64,000 nucleotides of DNA from Camelus dromedarius (taxonomy: Eukaryota): positions 50,222,001 to 50,286,000 of the forward strand of contig NC_087447.1 of the NCBI RefSeq assembly GCF_036321535.1, read 5' to 3'. The number at the start of each line of letters is the position of its first letter. Position 1 is the first letter of the stretch. The notes beneath the pieces are model-generated. The model did not search any database, was not told the DNA's origin, and worked only from the letters and a program-made list of their open reading frames with translations. The translations under genes and the position numbers were made by a program. Positions 40,345 through 53,861 of this stretch are shown here, piece by piece.

Positions 40345-40880
40345 TATTAAAATGTAAGTCATGTACAATAAAGCTCACCCTTTTAAAGTATACAATTCAG
40401 CAGTTTTTAGCATATCCACAAAACTGTGCAGCCATCACCACTATCTAATTTTAGAACATTTTCATTATCCCCCAAAGAAACCCCATACCCATTATCAGTC
40501 ACTCCCCATTCCTCCTTCCCTAGCCCCTAGCAACCGTGACTCTATGTTGTGTCTCTATATGGATTTGCCTATTCTGGATATTTCATATAAATGGAGTCAT
40601 ATAATATTTGGCTTTTTGTATCTGGCTTCTTTCACTTAGCATGTTTTCAAGGTTCATCCATGTTGGAACATGTATCAGTACTTCAATGCTTCTTATGCCT
40701 AAATAATATTCCATTGTATGGATAAATCACATTTTATTTATCTATTCATTAGTTGGTGAACATCTGAGTTATTTCCACTTTTTGGCTGTTATACATAATG
40801 CTGCTATGAACATTTGTGTACAAGCATTTTTGTGGACATATGTTTTCAGTTCTCTTGGATATATACCCACCAGTGGAAAC
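40345..40880 (-). mobile_element. L1MB-type 3' end
   Basis: Strongly similar to 36300-37035 (CTTTCACTTAGCAT..TTTTCAAGGTTCATCCATGT). Confidence 0.8.
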
Positions 40881-40896
40881 CATTATTTCTTATACT

Positions 40897-41320
40897 CAGT
40901 GGTGTGCTGATAGATATTTAACAACCAGTTTCACGTGGTAGGGGTATGGGAGCCCTGGTTTGTAGCATTTGTTGATCTCTGGAATACAAATGCTCAAGTT
41001 ACCAAGGTGACATCACTCAGATTTAAGGATGGGAAAAGAGGCACAGCAGCACACTGTTCTGTAGTATTTCTACCATATAGATGCAGGAGGTAGAAATAAT
41101 CCCAAGAGCATAGATAATAGCAAAACTGTAGTAGAATAATTAAGCAGTGATATATTGTGAGGATTTATTTTACCTTTATTTTAAAAATAATTCATATAAT
41201 TGTAAGTTAACAGGTTTTAGTTTTTAGCAATAACTATGTTTAGCAACTAGTTCTCAAAATTCCTGAGATTTTAAGTCGGCTCTTTGGGCTAATGTGAGCT
41301 GCCTTGAGAACCTCACTTGC
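40897..41320 (+). mobile_element. MER63-like hAT element
   Basis: Starts CAGTGGTGTGCTGATAGATATTTAACAACC; degenerate inverted end. Confidence 0.6.
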
Positions 41321-41852
41321 ACTCTTCTCCTTACATCTAACTTATTTTTTCTTAATTTTCTTTTTATTGAAGTATATCCATTAGTATTCTCTAAGCAAGG
41401 TTTTGTAAGGTAAACTCATTTTCTTTGCTTGTCTGAAAATTTGGTTATCACTCAAGAATTTAACTGTGGAGAGAAATTCTTCTGGTTTCCATTGCTGCTG
41501 ATTGGAAGGCTGCTGTGGTAGTTAACGTCCCTTTTGGTAACCTGTCCTTTTCCACTGAGGGCTTTTATATTTTACTCTTTGCCTTGTGTTTTTGCAGTTT
41601 CATCACTTTATGACTAGTTATGAAATTGTTGGTACTGTTTCTCTGGAGAACCCTGACTTATATAGCTATAATATTTTTAATAATGATTCTCCGCCATTCC
41701 CTCTAGTAAATCTTTCTGGAATTCCTATTAGACATATGCTTGAGGTTCTCTTTTTATCCCTCATATCTCTTAAACTCTTATTCAGGATTTCTATATCTGT
41801 CTTTCTTTTTTTACTCCATTTTGAGTGATTTCCTCAAATGTCCCTTCTAATT

Positions 41853-42056
41853 TGTTTCTTCTTCTTTTTTTAATATTTATTTTTATTGAAGTATAGTCAG
41901 TTTACAATGCTATGTCAATTTCTGGTGTACAGCACAATACTTCAGTCATACATGAACATACATATATTCGTTTTCATATTCACTTTAACCATAAGTTACT
42001 ACAAGATATTGAATATAGTACCTTGTGCTATTCAGTATAAACTTGTTGTTTATCTT
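41853..42056 (-). mobile_element. 5'-truncated cetartiodactyl-type L1 3' end with TSD
   Basis: Reverse-complement homologue of 16945-17133; TSD CTTCTAATT at 41844-41852 and 42057-42065. Confidence 0.8.
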
Positions 42057-44259
42057 CTTCTAATTCATTTTTAATTTCAGTGCCTATGTTTTTCATTTCA
42101 ATATGTCCTATATGGTTCTTTTTCAAATGTCCCAACTCTTTTCCCTTATACTATTCTTTTCCTTTATTATGGCTTCTGTTGCTTCTCATATCTATTTAAT
42201 CATCCCAATTCATAGTCTCTTTCAAATGGTTCTGTTTTTACCCTTATCTCTAATTTGTTGTGCTGGTTGACTCTCCATTTTGCACATTTCTTTCCTCATG
42301 TGGTTTGTTACCTTTTGTGAGCATCTTCTTCAGGGATTGTTTTTTCTAGTGGATTCTGCAAGCCTTGCCTTTTTAAGTATCCCTGCAGAGCTGTTTTGAA
42401 TTCATTTCAGCCTAACCTAAGAATTTTAATAGGTCTTACTTCAGCCCTAACCTGAGAATTTTAAGGTCTGGACCAATTTTTATGTTAATTTATCTCAGTA
42501 GGGACCTGTACATACAGGTAGAGTAAATTTAAACCTCTACATGCACTTGGCAGAGACTAGGATTTCTGTCTCTCATGAGAGCCATTTCTTCCCTACCCAA
42601 GGTCTCTTCAGATATCAAGCTTCCTTGGACTTCTCTAACACTGGGGGACAGTTTTTCCAATCTCCTTTTCATGGAAGGGGGCAGAGTTTCCAATGTCAGG
42701 GCTTCATGTCAGGGCTTCCCACTTTCTCTCTGGTCTGGGCCTGAAGCCCCCTCTCCTGCTCCTTAGTGCACACTGGAACCCTGGCCTGCAGCTCTCGGGG
42801 TCTACAGCTAAGGGTGAAACCCCTGTGGCTGCTAAGGCGCATCACCTGCACCCTGTTCTCGCTTTGAGTTTTTCATTTCTGATATCCGGGGGTTTCTCTT
42901 TATATTTTTCAAATGTGGCAATAAAAACAGAACATGTTTGTTATAGTTCATCCAGCATTTCTATGTATCTGTAGCAGGGGGGTGGGATGGGGAAATCATC
43001 TATATTAGGATCGTTGGCCATGTTTCTGGAAGTTCCCAAATCAGAAACAATCATTATGTGAGGAAGACATTTATTGTCTCCATTTCATAGATAAGAAAAC
43101 TGAGGCTCAGAATGGTTGTCTAAATTGACAGAGCCATGAAACTTTAAATGGGGAAATGGGTTTTGTGTTCAGTCTGTTTGCAAAATCCCATGCAAGATAT
43201 CTAGGCATTCTAAAGTAAACTTGGTAACTTTGACTTCCCTCCCTGATTAGCATTTATGGATAATTTTGGCATTTTGCTGAAGCAAATACTCTGGAAAAGA
43301 TTCTCCCTGCTTCCCAGGTAAGGGTGTTTGGGAGAGAATGGGAGGGAATAAAGAAGTAGGTGGTGGAGCTGGACTCTCCCGAGACTGAGAACCCCTGGTG
43401 GGAGCATTTGCCTGGGAGGATGTGAAAGCCAGCAGGCATTTCTGCCACCATCCAGAAGCACCCTCAAGCTCACTCATGCAGTGGGCAGTGAAGGGGACAT
43501 ATCAAGTGTCCTGCACATTGTCTTTGGCTTGCCTCTGGAAGAAGGAGGAAGCCCAGGCCATGCAGGGCTTACCTGTAACTTCTGCTGAGTTTGGGGATGT
43601 CTCAGCAGAGACTGGCATACTCTGAGACTTCACTTTACTCCTTAGACTGGAGCACCTCTTGCCCTGTGCATCTTTTATAGAGCCTGGCCCTGAGTGGATG
43701 CCCTAAAAAGGTACTGTGAATCAATGAGTCTAACTAAGGAAAAAGAAGATACATCAAGTATTTACAGCAGAGGGATCTTAATGAGGTGGATTGGATACAC
43801 AGGTGATAGGATGGGGACAGAGAGGCATCCCAGAGCTTGAAGCAGGAAACTACTGCTACTGCTATAAGGCAAAGTGGCAGAGAGAGGAGGCAGTGTCACC
43901 AGGGGCCAGGGAGACAGGAGACAGAAGCCAGGGGCCAGGTGATCAGAAGCCTGAACCTTAGCAGGCCTATCAGGGGGAGCAGGAGCCATGAGAAATGTGT
44001 AGCTAGAAATGCGACCCAAAGCAGATGGGGAGGATAAGAAACATTCTGGCCTCTTCCTCACCCACCCACCTACCCTGAATCTCCTGCTAGGACTTCCCCT
44101 TAGCCAAAGTCGGGGCCTGGATTTGCAGCCTGAATTGATCAACCTCCCTGTGTTGCAGAGCAGAGCAGAACGCTGGGGCGTGGGTCTGAGAAAAATAGGC
44201 CCAGAATTGGCATGGAAGGAAAGAAGAAAGAGGAAAAGGAAGAAAAGAAGACAAACTCA

Positions 44260-44390
44260 GGGGACGGTATAGCTCAAGTGACAGAGTGCATGCTTAACCA
44301 CGCACAAGGTTCTAGGTTCAATCCCCAGAACCTCCCCTAAAATTAAATAAATAAATCTAACTATGCCCCCCCCAAATTTAAAAAAAAAAA
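44260..44390 (+). mobile_element. tRNA(Ala)-derived SINE, Vic-1-like
   Basis: GGGGACGGTATAGCTCAAGTGACAGAGTGCATGCTTAACC...GGTTCAATCCCCAG plus A-rich tail. Confidence 0.8.
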
Positions 44391-45609
44391 GAGAAGAGAA
44401 GCCTATAGGTAGCATGTAAGCATTCTAAAATACTTCTTAAATATTGCAATTTAAAAGGATCTTTAGGATAAAAAGTTGCCTTCCTTGCAGGGTTATAAGG
44501 ATCAAATAACAAAGTGATGTGAAAATTGCTGAAAATTGTCAAGTGCTGCATATATATGAGATGATCATCAATTATATCATTATTTCTCTGGATGGAGGAA
44601 TTATATTTGAATATGAGTGTTAAATGGAAACATTTTATAGAGCATCTATTATAATGTGGACACTTTTTATGCATGTGTATTAGCCACAAGTAATAATAAC
44701 TAACACTGACAAACAAATTGGTAGTTACTTTCTGACATAACAAGAATTCCAGAGGTGCTCCTTTGGCTTTTCCATCTTGATTACAAGATAGCTATGATGT
44801 CCAACCTTCATCCCCAAGTTCAAGGCAGGAAGAGGTTGGGGTGAGAAGACACTCCAGACTTAGCAAAAGCTCTGCCAGTAACTCCCTGCAAGGTTCTACC
44901 TAAATCTCACTGGCCAGAACTGCACCACATAATCACCCTTAAGTATCAGGGAGCTGTGGTGGGAGGTAGCAAGAGAGAAATGGCTTCTGGGTAGCAGAAC
45001 ATCAGGGTTTGCTACATGTATATAAAGCAGAGTAAATGCCAATACGTGTTAGCTATTTTCTGTGTGTGTATGTTATGTCTCAATGTCTGTGTAATTCTAC
45101 ATATTCTCTACTTCTCCTGACAATCCTGTGAAGTAAGATCTTCTACAAATGAGGCCTAACACACAGCTGGTAAAAGGCAGAGCCAGCTCAGACCCAGGTC
45201 TTTCTGACTGGAGTCTGAAGGCTCTTTCCATTGCCAGGCCGTGGTCCCTCCTCCCCCTCAACTGGCCCTCTAAGGTCTTGTCTTAGAGTCACATCAGGCC
45301 TAAGTGGGCTTGATGAAGAGAGAAAGTGGAACAGCATCAACTCTGAAGTAAGTTGACACCTGTACCTGGAGCTATAATGGAGTAACGATGAAGTCACGAG
45401 AGGAGTTTCCATGATTACACATGCTAGACTCATGCCTCCACCTGCGTGTAGCCACTTTGGAATGGTCGTGCTGGGAGGCCTGGCACTTGTTCTGATGATG
45501 CCACTACTGCCCAAGAACTCCTGGGGGACTCCCCTTTATAAGTCACAAAAATACCTCAATCTCATTACTGTAATATTACACCTCATTTCTGATCCCAAAC
45601 CCAGCTGCA

Positions 45610-45660
45610 GCGCCTCTTCTCATTTACCGTGAGTTCCAAATGGCTTTTGATTGTTGCCAA

Positions 45661-45692
<32 letters not shown>

Positions 45693-45905
45693 CCATCCCC
45701 CAAAGACAGAATTGTATTGCAGTTTAGATACAAAATAATGGGTTGTCTGCTCTGTGGGGAATTTTCAAGTCAAAATTGTAGAAATGTTTAAAGCAGCAGA
45801 AGCACTGTTCAACTAAATATACCCTTGAAGGTTGATATCCTGGAAGAAGACAACTCTAAGTGTGGTTGAATAATTTTTTGCTGCATTTAATAAATATTTC
45901 TCACC
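45610..45905 (+). mobile_element. Mariner relic (MARNA-like) encoding a decayed transposase C-terminus
   Basis: SHLP*VPNGF*LLPKIK resembles PYSPDLAPxDFWLFPKxK; ...KCLKQQKHCSTKYTLEG/DILEEDN resembles KCFEQWxxRWxKCIxxxGDYFEGD. Confidence 0.7.
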
Positions 45906-48900
45906 ATGAGGGGCGCTGTGAAAAGAACACTGGACTTGGTAAAGTTTCCAATGTGATAATACTTAATGCGGGTCAGGACACTGTGAGACGGGCACATCAT
46001 CTGTTGGTGGAATTGTAAATTAGTATCACTTTCTTAGAGCAGTTTGGCAGTGAACATCAATAACCTTTAGATTTTAAACCGGTTGACCAAGAAATTCCAT
46101 TTCTAGGAATCTTTCTTAAGGAAATAGTCAAAGATGCAAACAAAGATTTATGTATAAGCTGTTCATTTTATTTGTAAAACAGTAAAAAGGAGTAACTAGC
46201 CCAAATGTCCCACAATGAGGAAACTGTCAGGTAAATTGTATACTCACTAAATGAAATAATGCAGCCATTTGAAAATGATGTTTCTGAAGAATTGTCAACG
46301 ATGTTTTTATGTTCACAATAGGATAGGTACTAAAACCAGATTATAAAACCACATGCATTATATAGTCCCATTTTTACTTTCTATATGGTAAACAAAGGCT
46401 CAAGATATACTCAAAATATTACCAGTAGTTTTATCTGGGTGATGAAACTACAGGTGATTTTAAATTTTCTTCATTATATTTTTAAATATAAAATTCTTGA
46501 TCATTATAACTACAAATATTACTTCTATAATTAGAAAAATATGTATGATAAAAATTACTTTCTAAGAAAGAAAGAAATGGGTTTTACTGGGAGAGAAGAG
46601 ATCTGCTCCCAAGGAGCTGATTGTTTAATGAAGGAAATGAAACACATACACAGATAAATTCATTACAAGGTAATAAGGGCTATAATGGAGATTTTACAAA
46701 GTGTGGAGGGGAGAGTTGAAGGTGGGTGAAAAGAGGTAATATTTGTGCAAGGTCTTGAAGGATGAATAGGAGTTCTCTAGAGCTTTGTAAATTGTTAAGC
46801 ACTGTGTAAGTGTAAGTTAGTTTTTGGCCTTTATTATGACTGTCAAAGCTTACTTCATATAAAGCCCTCTTTCTTGTCTCTTTCCCATGTTCCCTGAGGC
46901 CCAGGATCCCTGGGACAGGAAGCAGCAGCAGTTAAACAGTCACACATCAGTGCTCCAGCAAGTGAACTGAGGTGCATCCAACTAAGGAGCAGATCCAGGA
47001 CCAGAGGACATAAAATTATCTGGGAGCAGGGCCAGGAAGGTGCTGGTGGGTAAACAGTTCGCCCTTATTTGCCACCCTGTGGAAAGGCTGCCTTTGCTTG
47101 GGGCCTCCACCCTGAGTTATGCGGCCATCTCCACCTGAGGGATGGTAAAAAATGAGAACGAGCATCATACATCAGTCCATGATTTACATCGGCAGGAAAT
47201 GGTGTGTTAGATGTCCTTACAACTCCAGACAGGGTGGAGTAGAAAGGAGGGGTATGAGTGAGGAGACCTGCAAGATGATTTGTTTGGGAGGAAGTCTGAG
47301 AAGTCCAAGGTAGGAAAAGATTTAAAAGTTGTCTTATTTAATCCTCCTGATCCTTCCCAACATCCCATCACATGATCATCCTTCTTGGCCTTCAAGGCTC
47401 AGAGGCCACCTCTGTTACCTCCCACCTCAATTCCTCCAGCCTATGCTTTATGTATTCCTTGTTGTTCAATTTTATGAGAAAAAATAAGCCAATGCCCACT
47501 GTGCACCAGGCAGTGTGCTTATGATTCCTTGATTGCAGTATGCCCTCCTGTGCCTCCTGTTGTTTATTTATTTATTTGTGCAACAAACTTGTATCAAACA
47601 CCTACACTATGCCAGGCAACACAGAGTGGAGAAAAAGATAGCCAAGATCTCATGTTCTCTTGGACTTGCCATTCTAGTGGGGGAGACACACAATGAACAA
47701 AGGAATACATAAGAAAATACAAGGTTATAAATATCAAGGGGTCCGCTTTGGGAAAATCTAGGGGAAGAACTTTCCATACAAAGAGAGCAGCTGATTCCAA
47801 GATCCTAGGGGATAACTGTTGCTTGTTCTAGGACCAAAAAGAACACGGTGGTATTGTGCATGGAAGACCCTTTTGTGCTTTATCTGCAAATGAAAATCTT
47901 CTCATTTTTTAGGACTTGGCTCAAGCATCACCTCTTTGGGCAAATCTACCCTATTTCTTTTCCCTGGGTAGAAGTGACCGCTGTCTCCTTTCCTCCCCAT
48001 TGACTCAGAGCAGACTTCTCTCAGCACACCTGTAATGATTTGCCATTCTTACAGTACTATAGCATTGCTAGTCCCAAGTGGACCTCAGTCTTGTCAAGAG
48101 CAGAGCTTCCTGTCTAAATCCTTAATGCCCAGCACAAAGCCTGGTACAGAGTCTGTGATTGGTAAACATTTGCTCCATGAATACGTGAACTCTCACATAG
48201 CACTTTCTCAGAACTGCCCTGGTGACATTTATCCAGAATTAGTAACCCTTTATTGATCAGTGCCAGGCCCTATACTGTATTCCTTCAGTTCTGCTATGTC
48301 TTATAAGCCTCATGACCACCACGTGCCATGTTATTTTCCTACTCTGTAGTTAAAACTCAGAGAATGGAGTGACATTGGTGGTGGCTCAGTGATAAGAATC
48401 AGGGCTGAGATTTGAACCCAATTCCTCTTGATGCCAATGCTTCATCTACTCTGTAATGCGCCCATCGTGCATTACTTCACCTGTGGACCTGTCCTGTCCT
48501 GTCTTTTCTCTTAGATAACGCTTTCCCTGAGGGAGAGGCCTGTTCTTGTCTCTCTTCTGTATCCCCCCCATGACACCAAAACAGTGCTATGTATTTAGGA
48601 CACACTCAAAATAAATCTCCAAAGGTGGAAAAGAAAGATGAATGTGTGAATGAATACTTCACCCAAAGTGGATCAGCCCCTGACATCAGCTCACAGGATG
48701 GTGATGGGCTGGAGGGAGTGATGTTTTTGAGGGGAGGGGCCTTCCCAGATACCTCTGCGTCCATCTGGGAAAGCTGAGTATGCCGTCTCCAAGCTAAAGC
48801 ACTAATTTCTTAGAAATCACACCTTCCACTCGGTTGTACATCTCAGCAGGCAGACAGGGGCACAGAGGGGAACATGCATGGCTTCCATTGAGTTGGGAAA

Positions 48901-51900
48901 ATGAGGTTAGGTTTCAATTCAGATAGTTATTTGTGTTTTCTGGGTCTGCACGGTCGATAAATTTTCAACGAGCAGTGATTCTGTTCCTCATCTTTCATTG
49001 CTTTATGGGACTTCAGGGAATGAAAGCATAACATCCTGCTTTCCCATAAGTTCTCTGGCCGCTACCCTGGCACCAATTAAAGACATGTCCATGCAATTAA
49101 TCAAAACCAATTTGGAAGCACTCTGGCTCTGCTCCTCTGATGTGCTGCCTGCTCCACATACAGTAGTTCCTCAGCTACAGCGATGAAGCCAGGCACATAG
49201 GAGCTTTTGATGAACTGGTTGTGCTGGCCCCAAGTGTTAACTATGTCATCTGACATGACTAATGAGGTTCCCAACTTGATCCGTGTGAGCAGAGCAGCCC
49301 TGCTGTCTGGAGGAGGCTTGGTTTCCACAGCCAGCCTGGGGAGAGGCTGCAACGTGCAGGGTACACACTCCATCATGTCAGCTGGAGTCCTGGAGGCCTC
49401 TAGTGTTGGAGCTGAGAGTCGTCAACGGGGACGGTGATGGAAACCATGGGCCAGGTTCTGTGCTGGGCACTGGTGGGAAAGTGACCCAATTTAAACTTCT
49501 AGCTCAGCCTCCACATTTTACAAACATGGAAACCAAGACCCAGCAAAAGTGACGGGCTTGCCAAAGACCTGAGCTGTGGGGAGAGAAATCAGGGAGAAGG
49601 CATGGTTCCTAACTTTGAGAAGCAAGACTCCTAGATGAGTAAATAAAGAGGCATGAGGATAACAACTGGGATGTGATGCAGGTACAACTTCTCAAGGGTT
49701 AAACCATGGGCTCCTTTCCTTCATTCTGTGGACATTTATTGAGAGGAGGAGAGTCTGTGTTTTTGTCACCTCTGCAATCCTAAAAGCGTGTGATTTGAAA
49801 TTAATAGGTCTGGGTTTGAGTCTCCTTTGAGTTGATGTAATCTTGAGCAAATCACTTCATTTTTCTGAGCCTTGGGTTCCCTGGCTGTAATGTTGGGACA
49901 AACCAAATATTGCCTACCCAGCCTATGTCCTAGAGTCCTCGTGAGACCCAGCAGAGTTAATGGGTGTGAAGGTATAAGAGTCTATGCACATGTTAGTTAT
50001 TATTCATATTATTATCCTCTCTAAGGACCCCTGGCTGAAAGCTCCGGAATATGGATCCACAGATAGCTTTAACTCTCTTCCTCTTCCTGCCCCTTTCAAA
50101 ATGCACAGGGAAGAAATGGACATAAAACCAACTGGTCATCTGCCTACAATCTCAACAGCTTCCCCAGAGAGTCTATGACACAGAAAGAGGAAGAACTCAG
50201 CTGTTGTAATTGAATGTCATTCCACACGTTGATTGAGCACCTACCATATGCCAGACGTTGGCCACACTGTGTGGGAATCAGAGTTGGATAAGACATATTC
50301 CTTGGCCACCTTGAGAAGCTCACCATTTAGTGGGAGAAACAGACCTGGACATAAATAACTATAACATACTGCAGAAAAACACAATTGCCATAGGAAAGAT
50401 ACAAATCAAGTGCTCTGGGATTCAGAGGAGGGAATGAGTCATTCCCCAAAAGGCGACTGGGAAAAGTTTCATCAAGGAAGTGGTATTAAAGGATGGACAG
50501 GGTTGTCAGGAAACACCAGGAAAGGTACTCTAGACTGAAGGAACAGCACGGGCAAACACATGGAATCCTGACAGGAATGGTGATCTACAGGACAGAATAA
50601 AGTCGAGTGAGACAGGGAGTGTGAGCATAAACTAAAGAAGACTCTCTGGGCCCCAGCTCTGCACCCCAGGCATGGATGTTGCTGTTTCACGGTTCTCTTT
50701 GCAGGCTGAGGTCACCTTGGCCTCTGTCCTTCAATCAGAGAGAATCCTGGATTGGCCCTTCCTCCAGCAAGGCCAAACCCAAGCCCCAGGTGGGAGAGCC
50801 AACAATAAAAATGAACAAGGAACAGTGACAGCCATCAGATGCAAAGAGGTCTGGCTGGGAAACCCTGATCACAGCCATACCTCCCCAGCCCCAGTGAGAG
50901 CATCACATTAATACAGCAATGACACAAACATCTGAAGCATGATGGCAAAGGACCAGGGGCCTCTTGCCACAGGTCATGCACTACATTTCTCTCCTTCCCT
51001 CCTTTGTCCAGAAAAAGCTGACTTCTTTAGGAGTACTGCTGTCAGAATTACTTTAGAAGGCCAGGAGTTGCAGCTGGACTCAAGGCATGACCACAGGCCA
51101 ACCCAGGGGCTCATATTTTCTCTGTCTTTTCATTTTTCATTGTAAATTTGTTTTTATTGTGCAAATAATACAGTGATAATAATGGAAACCTTGATAACAG
51201 GAGAAAGAGGAAAGTGTACCCACTCATACATTATCTGTTTCCATTTCTTCTTGCCCCTTCCTGCTGTTGACTGTGAGCACAACTTTTTTTTGGGGGGGGC
51301 AGCTTATATCACTGATACAATTACATATTCTTACTGTTCAGCATTGTATCACACAGCTTTTTCCATTTTGCTACTTACTGCCATTCTCTGGTATCCACAC
51401 AGTCTTGGCCCCATTTCCCCAAGACTGAAGAAAGATGCTAGGGCCGTGTAAAAGGGATGCCTCTGTAGATGACACAGTCGTTGCTGACACTTGGCGTCAT
51501 GGTGCAGAGGAAAGCACTGACTGCTCTGCCATCACGTAGACTTGGGTTGGAATCTCAGCTCCTCTTCTTCGAAGCTAAATGGCCCTGGTCAGATCACTCC
51601 GTCCCTTTGAGCCTCAGGTCTTTGTAAAATGGGGATGGTATTAGTACCACTCTCATAGGATTGCTACTGCTGTGAGGATTAAGTGAGATACCAAAGGGAA
51701 ATGCCCCCTAATGGCGGATCCTCTTCTTGAGCCCTTGCTGGGGCTGACCCGGGGCCTACTCTACTTCCTTCACTTCATCTCCTGCCCACGTTGGACCTTC
51801 TCCCCTCCCTGGGCCCAGCAGGCCTCCTGAGTGAATCCACCTAAATTCTGACAAGAATACAATATTCTGTGTATTTATTATTCATTGGATGAATGCACCA

Positions 51901-53655
51901 CTTCTTATTTAGGTATTCTCTCTGCTGGAAATTTTGGTTGTTTTCCAATTTTTCACTTTTTCCAATAATGATGCAATAAATATCTTAATGTCTATTGCTT
52001 ACTTCAGCCTTTTAAAAAAGTATTCCTTAAGAACAATCTCCAGGAATAGGATCACTAGGATAGAGGATAGAAACATTTTAATGACTTCTTATGTATATTT
52101 CCAAATGGTTTTTCAGAAGGTTTGTACCTGTTATTCTGCCACCAGCTCCAGAGAGAGGGCCACTTGGACTGCATTTCAAGCTCTTGGATTCTGGCCACAA
52201 ACTCTTGTTCCTGCTTTATTTTCCACCATTTTCTCCATCAACATGCCTCCCACACGGCAGCCACACGAGAGAGCTCACTGTTTTCCCTCCAAAATGATGC
52301 TCCATGCTTTTGTGCCTTTGTACTTCCTATTATTCTCCATTGCCCTTTCCCAAGAATATCCTTCCCTTAACATACCCTCTCACCATAAACTGGGAACTCC
52401 TATACTATCTTCAAGACCCAGCTCAAATATTCCTTCTCAGCAAACTAATTTCAACATACCCATCACTAAATCTTCTCCCAAACTCTTTGGTAGAACAATA
52501 TGATGACCAAATCCATTAAGTAATTTCTCACTTTTAGGTATATTTCAGTCACTGTGCTAAGCACTGTGAACATAAAAGACATGGTCCCTGCTTTGACGGA
52601 GTTTAAGTCCAGCCGGGGATCTGATATAAGTAATTATAGCAGTTTTAAGTGTCACAATGGGAGAAGTATGGGTTCTGTGGGAACGCATAGCAGAAATGCC
52701 TCTCCCAACTAGAGAGACAGGAAAGATCTGAAGAATGGATGGAAACTATTCATTTAGACAACATATATGTATTAAGGGCCTCTTACATGCCAGCCGCTTT
52801 TCTAAATGCTGAGAACACAGTACCAAATATGACAGACAAGGCCCCTGCCTTTCTGGAGCTTACATTCTAGTGAGGGGAGACAGATAATAAACACAGAAGA
52901 TAATTTCCAGCAGAAACTAGGACTATGAAACAGACAGGGTGGCTTGATAGGGAATGGCTCGGGCAGGAGGTAGGGGAAAAGAGGTTATTTTAGGCAGGTT
53001 GGCAAGGTCATGGAAGGTCTCTCTGAGAAGGTGACACCTGACCTGATACCTAAAGGATGAGAATAGCCAGATATGTGAAGAGCAAGGGAAAGCGTGTTCC
53101 AGGCAGACACAATGGTATATGCAAGATCTGAGGAGGATCAAGATCATAAGCTTTCAGAGCAGGATTGAAGGCAATTCTGTGTAGCTAGAACATAAAGGGC
53201 AGAGGGCGGGTGCTAGAGATAAGGGAATGGATGTGAGCTACGGAGTGGGAGTCCTGGCATCTCCTAATAATATTATTATGGATAAAACCCTTATTCTGCA
53301 GTTATTTGTTTGCTGTAAGATACATGCCCACCTCTTTGCTCCCTTAGTATTACAGGAAGTATAAAAACTTGCAAATGACATTTTTTAAGCCTCCCTTGCC
53401 AGATGGAAGGTGTTGGCTGGAGAACGGCATGTGGAGGGAAGAAGCCCTGGTTCTGTCCTGCTTTTTGGTGGTGCTTCCAGCAGCAGCACCCCAAGTAGAC
53501 CAGTACCTGCCGAGGGCTGACGTGTCCCGCAGTGTTGGCACCTTCCTGATCTCTTTTTTTGTTTCTAACCTTTCTAAGCCCTTTATTCCTTGGGCTACTC
53601 CCATATGCCCAACAGTTTCCTGCTTTAAATCTCTTTCTGCCTGAAGTGATCCAGG

Positions 53656-53861
53656 GTAGTGCTGTCCCATAGAATGTTCTGTGATGATAGAAATGTCCTA
53701 ACTGTGCTGACCAATACAGTACCTACGAGGCTTATGTGGCTACTGAGCTCTTGAAATGTGGCTAGTGTGACTGAGGAACTGACTTTTTAATTACCTTTAA
53801 TTTTAATAATTTAAATGTAAATAGCCACATGTAGCTGACGACTATTGTACTAGACAGCACG
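53656..53861 (+). mobile_element. MER3-like hAT MITE inserted in an ERVL-type LTR, with ERVL internal-like sequence following
   Basis: GTGCTGTCCCATAGAA...TACTAGACAGCAC inverted ends; after ~53910 AAGTGGTTGTGGGAAACAGACTCTCAAA resembles ERVL internal starts. Confidence 0.65.

Noticed and set aside
51934..52503. 189-aa ORF
   Set aside because: TTG start; built from antisense L1-like and L2-like fragments; no domain or splice support
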